From an uncultured Chloroflexia bacterium (GTDB lineage Bacteria; Chloroflexota; Limnocylindria; Limnocylindrales; CSP1-4), in NCBI GenBank assembly GCA_963720755.1, contig CAVRGP010000015.1, positions 416,001 to 480,000 on the forward strand: a stretch of DNA of 64,000 nt, written 5' to 3'. Below, in pieces: positions 1 to 9,159 of the stretch. A program made the translations under genes and the position numbers. The notes beneath the pieces were generated by a model that saw only the letters and a program-made list of their open reading frames with translations, was not told the DNA's origin and made no database searches. The stretch's first letter is position 1; every line of letters begins with the position of its first letter.

Positions 1-356
1 CCGAACTGGCTGCGAGCGCGCAGGAGGTCGCTCCGGGCGTCCGACTGGTCGCGGCCGCCCTGCCGTTCGATTCGATGGACTCGCTCAAAGCCACCGCTCG
101 CGACCTGAGCGCGGTGCTCGGGTCCGGGGTCGTCGCCCTGGCCCTCGATGCCGATGAGCCGCAGCTGTTCGTGACCGTGTCGGACGATCTTGTCGAGCGT
201 GGGATCTCCGCAGGCGACCTGGTCACCGCGGCGATGCCCGCGCTCGTTGGCCGCGGTGGCGGTCGTCCGGGGATGGCCCAGGGTCGCGGGACTCGGCGCG
301 ACGGACTACCCGAGGCGATGACGGCGATCCGGACCCATCTCGAAAGCGGGGTCTGA
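1..356 (+). CDS. alaS: Alanine--tRNA ligase, C-terminal DHHA1 domain (partial, runs off window start)
   Basis: Frame open from position 3; GRGGGRPGMAQG motif typical of the AlaS C-terminus; usual alaS-ruvX-mltG neighbourhood. Confidence 0.85.
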   Translation, partial: ELAASAQEVAPGVRLVAAALPFDSMDSLKATARDLSAVLGSGVVALALDADEPQLFVTVSDDLVERGISAGDLVTAAMPALVGRGGGRPGMAQGRGTRRDGLPEAMTAIRTHLESGV

Positions 357-1618
357 TGGCCTTCTGGCGGCGGATCTGGCAGCGCGACGGGGAGGAGGCA
401 CTGGCTGCCTGTACGGCGCTGGATGTCGGGACCGAGTTCGCCAAGGCGCTGGTCTTCGACATCGATGCCGCCGGCCTGGGGACGGTCCGCGGTGTCGGCC
501 GCAAGCGCCAAGGGCTCGCCCATATGCAATCGGGCACGGTGGCCGACATCGCGGCCGTCGTGGACAATTGCGCGGTCGCTCTCCAGGAGGCGGAGGAGAT
601 GGCCGGCTTTCGCCCCACCCAGGTCGTCATCGGCATCGCCGGCGAACTGGTCAAGGGCTTCACGACGGTCCACAGCCAGGAACGCAAGCGGCCGGACCAA
701 TCCATCTCCGAGTCCGAGCTCCAGAAACTGATCGACGTCGTCCAGCGTGAGGCGCTGCACGAGGCGGAGCGGGCGATCACCTGGGAGACGGGCCTGCCGC
801 AGGTGGACGTCCGGCTCGTCCATGCCGCGGTGACCGGGGCCTCGATCGATGGCTACGCGCTGACCAATCCGGTCGGCTTCCAGGGCCGTCACATCAAGAT
901 CGGGATCTTCAACGCGTTCGCCCCGCTGGTCCACCTGGGTGCCCTCCAGAGCGTCGCGTCACAGCTCGACCTCGAGCTGCTCGAGATCGTCGCCGAGCCG
1001 TACGCCGTCGCCCGGGTGCTGGGCGACGACCAGATCCGCCAGGCCGGGGCCTTGTTCGTCGATGTCGGCGGGGGGACGACCGACGTGGCCCTGGTCCGCC
1101 AGGGCGGCATCGAGGGGACCCGGATGTTCGCTCTCGGTGGTCGAGCCTTCACCAAGAGTCTGGCCGACCGACTCGATCTGCCGTTCCCGAGGGCCGAGGC
1201 GCTCAAGGTCGACTATGCCCGCGGATTGGCCGTCGAGCACGCCGCGGACATCGCCACCATCGTGGCCGACGACGTTCGCGTGTGGGCCGCCGGCGTCGAG
1301 TTGGTGATGGAGGAGTTGTCCGGGGGCGATCTGCTGCCCGGTCGGATCTTCCTGTGCGGTGGTGGGTCTCGTCTGCCCGAGATCAAGGCGGCCCTCTCCT
1401 CGCAGGCGTTCTACGAGCGTCTGCCATTCTCACGTCCGCCGGAGGTCGTGGTCATGGCTCCGGACCAGATCGAGACGATCCTGGATGGCACCAACCTGCT
1501 CGTGGATCAACAGGACGTGACCCCGCTTGGTCTGGCCTACCAGGCGATCGAGCTCCAGACCACGGATGACCCGCTCGATGCCGCCCTGCGCCGAGTCCTC
1601 AGGGCGATGAAGGTCTGA
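356..1618 (+). CDS. FtsA-like actin-fold ATPase
   Basis: ALDVGT (phosphate 1), DVGGGTTD (phosphate 2), GGRAFT, LCGGGSRL (adenosine) motifs and an FtsA-type 1C region; not adjacent to ftsZ. Confidence 0.85.
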   Translation: MAFWRRIWQRDGEEALAACTALDVGTEFAKALVFDIDAAGLGTVRGVGRKRQGLAHMQSGTVADIAAVVDNCAVALQEAEEMAGFRPTQVVIGIAGELVKGFTTVHSQERKRPDQSISESELQKLIDVVQREALHEAERAITWETGLPQVDVRLVHAAVTGASIDGYALTNPVGFQGRHIKIGIFNAFAPLVHLGALQSVASQLDLELLEIVAEPYAVARVLGDDQIRQAGALFVDVGGGTTDVALVRQGGIEGTRMFALGGRAFTKSLADRLDLPFPRAEALKVDYARGLAVEHAADIATIVADDVRVWAAGVELVMEELSGGDLLPGRIFLCGGGSRLPEIKAALSSQAFYERLPFSRPPEVVVMAPDQIETILDGTNLLVDQQDVTPLGLAYQAIELQTTDDPLDAALRRVLRAMKV

Positions 1619-1621
1619 TCC

Positions 1622-3304
1622 ATGGCCAGCCCCATCATCTACCTGGAGGTCGACGACGAGATCACGTCGGCCGCCTCGCGCATCCGGGAGGCCGACGCCA
1701 CCCGGGTCGCCGTCGTGCTGCCTCACGGCTCCCGGGTCGCGACGTCGCGGATCAATTTCCGACTGCTGTCCCGGGACGCGCTCACCCATGAGAAGCGGCT
1801 TTCCCTGGTATCGGCCGATCCGGCCACGCGCGCCCTGGCGGCGTCTGCCGGATTGCCCGTCTTCGCCAGCGTCGCCGAATACGAGGCCTCATTGGCCGGG
1901 ATCGATGCGGAACCAGGGGCCAAGTCCGCGACCCCGGCTCCGATCGTCGCCCCCGCCATCGTCGCCGGGGCCGTCACGGGCGACGTCGTCGTCGACACGG
2001 TCCGCTCCGACGTCCCTCGGGAGCCGTCGCCGGCGATCTCGCGACGATCCACGGAGCCGATCGCCCGGCCCGACGCTGGTGGCGGGCGATCCACGACCAG
2101 TGCCACGGGGGGACAGCGAGGCATCAGGACGCCCTGGTTGATCGGTGGGGGCATCCTAGCCCTGGCCGTGCTGGTCGGGGCCGTGGGCATCTATCTGCTG
2201 TTGCCGTCGGCGACGATCGTGGTGACGCCTCGGCCGGAGCCCGTCGGCCCGGTGGAGATCCAGGTGGTCGCCGATCCGAGCGCCACCGGGCCCGGATCCG
2301 ACCCTCCAGTCGTCCAGGCCGAGATCCTGACGGTCCCGGTGAGCGTCGAAGATACGTTTCCGGCCACGGGCGTCCGGGTGGACCTGACCAAGGCGACCGG
2401 GACGGTTCGGTTCGAGAATCTCGACCCGACCAGCGCGAACCGGATCGCGGCCGGGAGCGTCGTCACCACCAGTGATGGCGTCAAGTTCAGGACGGACGCC
2501 ACGATCACGGTCGGCAAAGCCGACCTGATCGGATTCACCATCTTCCCGGGGCGCGCGAGCGTAGCCGTCACCGCGGCCACCGGCGGACCTGATGGCAACG
2601 TCGAACCGAACACCATCGTCGGCGTGCCTCGCGATGAGAGCTCGGTCTTCCTCAAGGTCAGCAATCCGGACGCGACCACCGGCGGGACTCGGGTGGAGGT
2701 GGCGCGGGTCAGCCAGGAGGACGTCGATGCGGCGATGGTCGCCCTGCAGGCTTCCCTCCAGGCGTCGTTCGACTCGGCGCTCGAGGATCCGAGCCTTGCA
2801 GCCGACGGTAATCGGGTATTCCCCGCGACGGGGATACTGGGTCCGTCGCAACCTTCGGTGCCGGCTGAATCGCTCGTCGGCCAGGAGGTGACCGAATTCG
2901 CACTCGGGCTCGCCGCGACCGGGACCGTCGTCAGTGCCGACCCCGCGCCGGTCACCGCGATCGCCGAGGAGCGCCTCCGGGCCGCGATCGACCCCGATCA
3001 TCAACTTGTCGAAGGATCGGTGGCGATCCAGGTCGGCGATGCCGTCATCGTGGGGCAGACGGTCACCTTCCCGGTCACCGCGACCGCGCAGGAGATCGCG
3101 ATCCTCGATCCCAGCGCTCTGGAGGCGATGGTCCTCGGCAAACCTGCGGGCGAGGCACGGGCGATCCTCGAACCGTATGGCGATGTGGATCTGACCATTT
3201 CGCCCGACTGGACCAATTCCGTGCCGAGCTTCGAAGGGCGGGTGGACCTGACGATCGGCCACCCGGTCACGATCGAGACGCCGGCCCCGTCGCCTTCCTC
3301 GTGA
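1622..3304 (+). CDS. Single-pass membrane protein with extracytoplasmic baseplate J/gp47-like domain
   Basis: N-terminal alpha/beta domain, Pro/Ala linker, TM helix (WLIGGGILALAVLVGAVGIYLLLP), then ATGTVRFEN...IAAGSVV...F...VTA...GPDGNVEPNTI...VSNPDATTGG pattern resembling baseplate-J. Confidence 0.7.
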   Translation: MASPIIYLEVDDEITSAASRIREADATRVAVVLPHGSRVATSRINFRLLSRDALTHEKRLSLVSADPATRALAASAGLPVFASVAEYEASLAGIDAEPGAKSATPAPIVAPAIVAGAVTGDVVVDTVRSDVPREPSPAISRRSTEPIARPDAGGGRSTTSATGGQRGIRTPWLIGGGILALAVLVGAVGIYLLLPSATIVVTPRPEPVGPVEIQVVADPSATGPGSDPPVVQAEILTVPVSVEDTFPATGVRVDLTKATGTVRFENLDPTSANRIAAGSVVTTSDGVKFRTDATITVGKADLIGFTIFPGRASVAVTAATGGPDGNVEPNTIVGVPRDESSVFLKVSNPDATTGGTRVEVARVSQEDVDAAMVALQASLQASFDSALEDPSLAADGNRVFPATGILGPSQPSVPAESLVGQEVTEFALGLAATGTVVSADPAPVTAIAEERLRAAIDPDHQLVEGSVAIQVGDAVIVGQTVTFPVTATAQEIAILDPSALEAMVLGKPAGEARAILEPYGDVDLTISPDWTNSVPSFEGRVDLTIGHPVTIETPAPSPSS

Positions 3305-3798
3305 CCCGGTTCCTCGGGATCGATCTGGGCGAACGTCGGATCGGCCTCGCGATCGGCGATGACGAGGGCGCCGTCGCGCGGCCGTTGTCGACGCTTCGAC
3401 GCGGTCGTGGGATCGCTGCCGATGGGGCGGGTCTGCTCGAGGTCATCGCCCGCGAGTCGATCGACGAGCTGATCGTCGGGCTCCCGCTTGAGGCCTCTGG
3501 CGAGGTAGGTGCGCAGGCGAGCCTGACCCGGGACTGGGTCGAGGCGCTGCAAGCGTTTGTGGATCTTCCGGTAACCTATCGCGACGAACGCCTGACCAGC
3601 CACCTCGCCGAGACCAGGCTCGGACCGATGAAGCGAGGACGCTCGGGTGGGCCACCCAGCAAGACCCAGCGCGATGCGTATCGTGCCCGGGTCGACCGTG
3701 AGGCCGCTGCCATCATCCTCCAGGACGAACTCGACACACGCGCCCGACGCCGCTCGTCCATGCCCCGAGACCCTGGAGCTTTGGAGACCGACGCATGA
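3301..3798 (+). CDS. ruvX: RuvX/YqgF resolvase-like / pre-16S rRNA nuclease
   Basis: LGIDLGERRIGLA, VGLPL, DERLTS, D..AA.IILQ motifs. Confidence 0.92.
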   Translation: MTRFLGIDLGERRIGLAIGDDEGAVARPLSTLRRGRGIAADGAGLLEVIARESIDELIVGLPLEASGEVGAQASLTRDWVEALQAFVDLPVTYRDERLTSHLAETRLGPMKRGRSGGPPSKTQRDAYRARVDREAAAIILQDELDTRARRRSSMPRDPGALETDA

Positions 3799-5168
3799 CG
3801 ATCCGCTCGGGCGGACGCCCACGGGACGGACGTCCCGCGCCAGTCCGGCCATATGACCCCGACGCCTACGCGACCGCCACCGTGCCGGAGTTCTCCGAGC
3901 CGATCCGGCGCGGACGAGGTGGTCGTGGCGGCGGCGGTCTCGGTCGCGGGCTGACGGGCCTCCTGAAGTTCCTCATCTTCGCCCTGGTGCTCGCGAGCAT
4001 CGTCCTCGCCGCCGCGCTCACGGTCCTCCGGCCTGTCGTCAACAGCGCGGTGATGGCGTTCGCGGACGACAATCCGGCGGCGCTCCGGTTGCCGTTCGTC
4101 GAGGACATCGTTCGCGAGGATCTCGGCGCGGCACTGACCACGCCGGCATCGGGATCGGCGACCCAGGTGGAGTTCCTGGTCGATGCGGGTGACACCGCCA
4201 GCACGATCGCGATGCGCCTCGAGGATGCCGGACTGATCGGCGACAGCCGGGCCTTCGTCTTCATCTCGACCGTCCGCGGGCTGACCGGTTCACTCCAGCA
4301 GGGCACGTTCGTGCTCCGGGAGAACATGACGCCCGATCAGCTGGTCAGTGCGTTGCTCGCCCCACCCAAGGTGAAGTACGTGGACATCGCCCTGCGGACG
4401 GGTCTTCGCCTCGAGCAGATCACGGCCCTGCTCGAGACCCTGCCACTCGATATGGATGCGGCGGCATTCTACGAACTGGTCTCATCACCACCACCCTCGC
4501 TGATCAACGACTACCCATGGCTCAAGACGATCCGCGCGGACGCACCCAAGAGGGCTTCACTGGAAGGGTTCCTCTGGCCGGCGACCTACCGGGTCCTGCC
4601 TGACACCACGCCCGACGAGCTCGTCCGCTTGATGCTCGACAACTTCGCCGCCAACGTGGGGCCGGAACGGATGGCCGTCGCCAAGGCCCGCGGGCTGACG
4701 TTTTTCGAGGTCATGACCCTCGCCTCGATCGTCGAACGTGAGGCCCAGCTCCCCGATGAGAAACCCCTCATCGCCGGCGTCTACCAGAACCGGCTCGATC
4801 CCCAGCGGTGGCCGACCGGCCTGCTCCAGTCGGATCCGACGATCTTCTACGTGCATGACTCGCTGCAGCTTGCCAAGATGCCGATCGCAAACTGGCCGAC
4901 ATACATCTTCTGGGCACCGATCAAGGGTGGCCTGACCAGCGATGCCTTGCCGGCCGACCTCGTCGCCTACAACACGTATACGAGTGCCGGACTGCCGCCC
5001 GGGCCGATCTGCACCCCGACCCTGACATCGATCGACGCGGCGCTCGAGCCCGACACCAGGGATGGCTATTTCTACTTCCTGGCCAAGGGCGACGGGACCG
5101 GGACGACGGCCTTCGCGAAGACGCTCAAGGAGCACCAGGCCAACATCAAGAAGTACGCCAAGAAGTGA
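3795..5168 (+). CDS. mltG: Endolytic transglycosylase MltG
   Basis: N-terminal TM; LEGFLWPATY, LASIVERE (catalytic Glu), LQSDPT, YNTY...GLPPGPI motifs. Confidence 0.93.
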   Translation: MTIRSGGRPRDGRPAPVRPYDPDAYATATVPEFSEPIRRGRGGRGGGGLGRGLTGLLKFLIFALVLASIVLAAALTVLRPVVNSAVMAFADDNPAALRLPFVEDIVREDLGAALTTPASGSATQVEFLVDAGDTASTIAMRLEDAGLIGDSRAFVFISTVRGLTGSLQQGTFVLRENMTPDQLVSALLAPPKVKYVDIALRTGLRLEQITALLETLPLDMDAAAFYELVSSPPPSLINDYPWLKTIRADAPKRASLEGFLWPATYRVLPDTTPDELVRLMLDNFAANVGPERMAVAKARGLTFFEVMTLASIVEREAQLPDEKPLIAGVYQNRLDPQRWPTGLLQSDPTIFYVHDSLQLAKMPIANWPTYIFWAPIKGGLTSDALPADLVAYNTYTSAGLPPGPICTPTLTSIDAALEPDTRDGYFYFLAKGDGTGTTAFAKTLKEHQANIKKYAKK

Positions 5169-6406
5169 GCCGATCGGCGGGGTCGGCCATGTGGCCGTCG
5201 CCGGACGACTTCGCCAGGCCGCCGTCCAAGGCGGAGTGTGATCGCTGGCTTGAAGCGGACCGAGCGGCGCGTCCGGTGCGCCTCGAGCGCCTCCGCGCCC
5301 GGTTCGGATCCGCGGGTGTCGACGCCTACTTCGGCGTTCGGCGCGAGCATATGCGCTACCTCACCGGGTTCACCCTCGCCGACGGCGAAGAGAAGGTCGC
5401 CGGCGATTCGGGTCGGTTCCTGGTGGCCGCCGACGAGGTCATCGTGCTGGCCAATTCGCGCTATACGCTCCAGGTCCGGCGAGAAGCCCCGGACGCCGTG
5501 CTGGTCGAGGCCTACAACGACCTGCCCGCCCGCTGGCCGGAACTGATGGCGAGGGTCGGCGCCCGACGGGTCGCGCTGGAAGCCGGGTTCATCGCCCATG
5601 CGCTCTGGGAGCGCTTGGCGGCAGCGGCGCCGGACGTCGAGCTGATCGCTGTCGACGGTTGGGTCGAGGCGGATCGCGCCGTCAAGGAGGCGAGTGAGAT
5701 CGAGCGGATCGCCGCCGCCTGTGCCGTCGCCGATCGGGCCCTGGCAACCCTGCTGCCCGACATCAGGCCGGGCATCACCGAGGTCGACCTCGCCCTGCGC
5801 CTCGAATGGGCGATGCGGACCGGTGGCGCCGAAGCCCTCGCATTCGATGTCGCCTGCCTGTCGGGTCCCGAGGCCGCCCTTCCCCATGGCTCGCCGGGCG
5901 ACCGGCCGGTCCTCGATCGGGCGGTCCTGCTGTTCGACTTCGGGGCCCAGGTCTGTGGCTATCGGAGTGATATGACCCGGACACTGTTCGTGGGCGACCC
6001 GACCGCCGCCGATCTCGAGATCTACCAGCTGGTGGCCGCCGCACAAGGCGCCGCCATCCGGCGGGTCGAGGAGGCAGTCGCGGGATCGCCAGACGGCCCG
6101 TTGCCGACCGGGCGATCGATCGACGCGGCCGCCCGGGGCGTGATCGAGGCGGCCGGCCACGGTGACCATTTCGGACACGGTACGGGTCACGGCATCGGAT
6201 TGGCGACCCACGAGTCTCCGTCGCTGGGGCGCCTGGTGGCGGATGCAGCCCTGCCGAGTCCGACCGTGTTCTCGGTCGAGCCGGGCGTCTATCTCGACGG
6301 CCAGACCGGCGTGAGGATCGAAGACCTCATCGTGCTCGACGCCCAGGCCGGGCGGGTCGACCGCCTGACCAGCTTCCCCCGCGATGTCATCGTCGTCGGA
6401 CACTGA
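5165..6406 (+). CDS. Xaa-Pro aminopeptidase (M24B)
   Basis: DFGA, YRSDMTRT, HGTGHGIG, EPGVY, GVRIED motifs; upstream of efp. Confidence 0.92.
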   Translation: MSRSAGSAMWPSPDDFARPPSKAECDRWLEADRAARPVRLERLRARFGSAGVDAYFGVRREHMRYLTGFTLADGEEKVAGDSGRFLVAADEVIVLANSRYTLQVRREAPDAVLVEAYNDLPARWPELMARVGARRVALEAGFIAHALWERLAAAAPDVELIAVDGWVEADRAVKEASEIERIAAACAVADRALATLLPDIRPGITEVDLALRLEWAMRTGGAEALAFDVACLSGPEAALPHGSPGDRPVLDRAVLLFDFGAQVCGYRSDMTRTLFVGDPTAADLEIYQLVAAAQGAAIRRVEEAVAGSPDGPLPTGRSIDAAARGVIEAAGHGDHFGHGTGHGIGLATHESPSLGRLVADAALPSPTVFSVEPGVYLDGQTGVRIEDLIVLDAQAGRVDRLTSFPRDVIVVGH

Positions 6407-6521
6407 GCGGGAGGGCACGAGCCGGTCGCGGGTGGGGTCTCTGCTACGATCGGCGGCGACCCGCCAGACCGATCGGCGCGACTCATCGAGTCGATCGACC
6501 GCCCCAGGAGCCTGACCCCCG

Positions 6522-7079
6522 ATGATCAGCACCGGTGAACTCAAGAAGGGTGTCGCCATCGAACTCGACGGCGAGCTCTGGCAGATCCTCGACTACCACC
6601 ACATCAAGATGGGCCGCGGATCCGCCCAGGTTCGGATCACCCTGCGCAACATCAAGCGGGGTCAGACGGTGGAACGATCGTTCCAGGCCGGCACGAAGTG
6701 GCCGCGCGCGTCGATGGAGAAACGGCCCGTCCAATTCCTCTACCGCGACGGTGACGACCACCACTTCATGGATACCGATACGTATGACCAGTTCATCCTG
6801 AGCACCGAGCAGCTCGGCGAGGCCGCGCCGTATCTCAAGGACGGGATGACGCTCGACCGCACGAGCTATCAGGGCGAGACGATCGGGGTCGAGGTCCCGA
6901 TCACGGTGGACCTCGCGGTCGTCGAGACGGAACCCGGGTTCGCCGGCGACACCCAGAGTGGCGCCCGCAAACCGGCGACCACGGAGACAGGCCTGATCGT
7001 CCAGGTGCCGATCTTCGTCGAGCCCGGGGACACCATCCGGATCGACACTCGGACCGGGGAGTACCAGACCCGCGTCTGA
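6522..7079 (+). CDS. efp: Elongation factor P
   Basis: KMGRGSA loop, KPATTETG, VPIFV...IRIDTRTGEY; AGGAG RBS. Confidence 0.97.
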   Translation: MISTGELKKGVAIELDGELWQILDYHHIKMGRGSAQVRITLRNIKRGQTVERSFQAGTKWPRASMEKRPVQFLYRDGDDHHFMDTDTYDQFILSTEQLGEAAPYLKDGMTLDRTSYQGETIGVEVPITVDLAVVETEPGFAGDTQSGARKPATTETGLIVQVPIFVEPGDTIRIDTRTGEYQTRV

Positions 7080-7091
7080 GAGGGCCGGCGG

Positions 7092-8567
7092 ATGACTGAC
7101 CAGGAACCGCCTGACTGGGCGCTCCCGAGCTGGGACGCGATCACGTCCACTCCAGGCAGCCCGAGCGGGCCGATCGGCATCAGGATCCTCGGCGTCAGCG
7201 AGGTCACCCGCGCGATCCGGGGGGCCGTCCGGGCGGATCCCCGGCTGGTCGACCTGTGGGTCGAGGGCGAGATCGGCCGGGTCACGATCTCCTCCGCGGG
7301 CCACGGCTATTTCGCACTCAAGGATGAGCGAAGCCAGCTTCAATGCGTCTGGTTCCGCGATCAGCGCTTACGATCCGCCTTCGAGGCCCAGGCGGGGTTG
7401 CGTGTCGTGGCCCATGGCCGGATCGACCTGTTCGAGCCCCAGGGCGCCTTGCAGCTGTACGTCGAGTCGATCCAGCCGGCGGGTCTCGGCGACCTGACCC
7501 TGCGGTTCGAGGCGTTGAAGGCTCGACTGGCCGCCGAGGGACTCTTCGACACTGCTCGCAAACGTCCGTTGCCGGACCGACCCGCCACGATCGCGGTCAT
7601 CACCAGTCCGAGTGGGGCCGTGTGGAAGGACATCTGCCACGTCCTGGCAAGACGCTGGCCGCTGGCCCGGGTCGTGCTGGTGGCCGCACGGGTCCAGGGG
7701 GACGGGGCACCAGCGAGCCTGGTCGGAGCGCTCCGCCGGGTCGAGCGGCACGCCGCGGAACGAATCGCCGCGGGTCGGCCGGCCGAGGCGCCCGCGATCA
7801 CGATCATCGCCCGGGGCGGTGGATCGCTGGAGGACCTGTGGGCGTTCAATGACGAAGCGGTCGTTCGCGCCGTGGTCGGCCACAGCCTGCCGGTCATCAG
7901 CGGGGTCGGTCACGAAGTGGACGTGACCCTGACCGATTTCGCCGCCGACGTGCGCGCCCCGACGCCGTCGGCGGCGGCGGAGATCGCGGTGCCCGATCGG
8001 ATCGAGTTCATCGCTACCGTCCGGGACGGCCGCCGCCGCCTCGACCGAGCGATCTCGGCGCGACTCAGCGCCACCGCTCAGGGTGTCTCCGCCGAACGAC
8101 GGGCGCTGGATCGACTCAGCCCGATGGCCCAGCTTGCGAGCGCACGTGAGCGGATCGGCCACCTCATCGACCGGGCGACCCGAGCCGTGGACAGCGAGGT
8201 CTCAGCGCGCCGCCGGCGGCACGACAGCCTGGCGATCCGCCTGACGCCGACCCTGCCGGCGCGTCTCCTCCACGACCGCACCCGCCTCGAACGCTCCGAC
8301 GGCCTCGATGCTCTTGCCGTCCGGCGCCTCGCCGGTTCGCGAGGCGCGCTCGCGTCGACTAGCGCCGCCCTGGCCGTCCTCGGTCCACAGGCGACGCTGG
8401 ATCGAGGGTATGCCATCGTCCGGATCGCGGCGGACGGTCGGATCGTGCGACGCCCTGACGATGCCCCGGCCGGCACCCATCTCGCGCTTCGGGTGGCCGG
8501 TGGCGACCTGCCCGCCACCGTCGACCGGGTCGACAGGCCCGGGCCGGGCTCGCGGGATCGCGTCTGA
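7092..8567 (+). CDS. xseA: Exodeoxyribonuclease VII large subunit
   Basis: WVEGEI, GHGYFALKD, RGGGSLEDLWAFNDE, GHEVD, APTPSAAAE, LDRGYA. Confidence 0.96.
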   Translation: MTDQEPPDWALPSWDAITSTPGSPSGPIGIRILGVSEVTRAIRGAVRADPRLVDLWVEGEIGRVTISSAGHGYFALKDERSQLQCVWFRDQRLRSAFEAQAGLRVVAHGRIDLFEPQGALQLYVESIQPAGLGDLTLRFEALKARLAAEGLFDTARKRPLPDRPATIAVITSPSGAVWKDICHVLARRWPLARVVLVAARVQGDGAPASLVGALRRVERHAAERIAAGRPAEAPAITIIARGGGSLEDLWAFNDEAVVRAVVGHSLPVISGVGHEVDVTLTDFAADVRAPTPSAAAEIAVPDRIEFIATVRDGRRRLDRAISARLSATAQGVSAERRALDRLSPMAQLASARERIGHLIDRATRAVDSEVSARRRRHDSLAIRLTPTLPARLLHDRTRLERSDGLDALAVRRLAGSRGALASTSAALAVLGPQATLDRGYAIVRIAADGRIVRRPDDAPAGTHLALRVAGGDLPATVDRVDRPGPGSRDRV

Positions 8568-8568
8568 C

Positions 8569-8715
8569 GTGGACCTGGCGATCTCGGCCGTGGTCTTCCT
8601 GGTCGTCGTTGCGGTCGTGGTCCTGGCCGGAGTCGGACTTGGTATGCTCCTCGCCCGACGCATCGACCGGTTCACCGAACCGAAGGACGAGGCTGACCGT
8701 GCCGACGACGACTGA
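8569..8715 (+). CDS. Small single-TM membrane protein (48 aa)
   Basis: GTG 1 nt after xseA stop; MDLAISAVVFLVVVAVVVLAGVGLGMLLARRIDRF..., overlaps xseB start. Confidence 0.55.
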   Translation: MDLAISAVVFLVVVAVVVLAGVGLGMLLARRIDRFTEPKDEADRADDD

Positions 8716-8974
8716 CCCGAAGATCGAGACGCTGACCTTCGACGACGCCCTGGCGGAGCTGCAGCGGGTGGTGGCGGAACTCGAAGCCGGTGGACAGCCG
8801 CTGGAGGCGGCGATCACCCTGTACGAGCGCGGTGTGGCACTCCAGGCTCGCTGTGAGGCGCTGCTCGGGGATGCTGAACTCCGGGTCCAGCAATTGGTTG
8901 CCCGGGCCGGTGGCGCGCTCGAGACACGCGACGTCCAGCCGGACGAAGCGACGGAGGACACATCCGGCGGGTAG
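8699..8974 (+). CDS. xseB: Exodeoxyribonuclease VII small subunit
   Basis: LTFDDALAELQRVVAELE...LEAAITLYERG...L..AELRV; GTG start inferred at 8699. Confidence 0.92.
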   Translation: MPTTTDPKIETLTFDDALAELQRVVAELEAGGQPLEAAITLYERGVALQARCEALLGDAELRVQQLVARAGGALETRDVQPDEATEDTSGG

Positions 8975-9159
8975 CCTGCAGGGACCTGCCGATCGTCATC
9001 GCGACCGGGCTAAAACAAGCGACCTCCAGCGGACAGGTTTACACTGCGGCTGGATCCCGGACCGACGGCTCGTCGGCCGATCCATCACACACGCGACGGT
9101 CGATCCGTCCCCGCAGAACGAGCCGGCCACCCGCCGATCCGACCCAGGAGCACCCGAAC

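Noticed and set aside
1622-3304. Prophage or contractile injection system
   Set aside because: Only a lone baseplate-J-like domain on a membrane protein; no sheath, tube, spike, terminase or capsid genes
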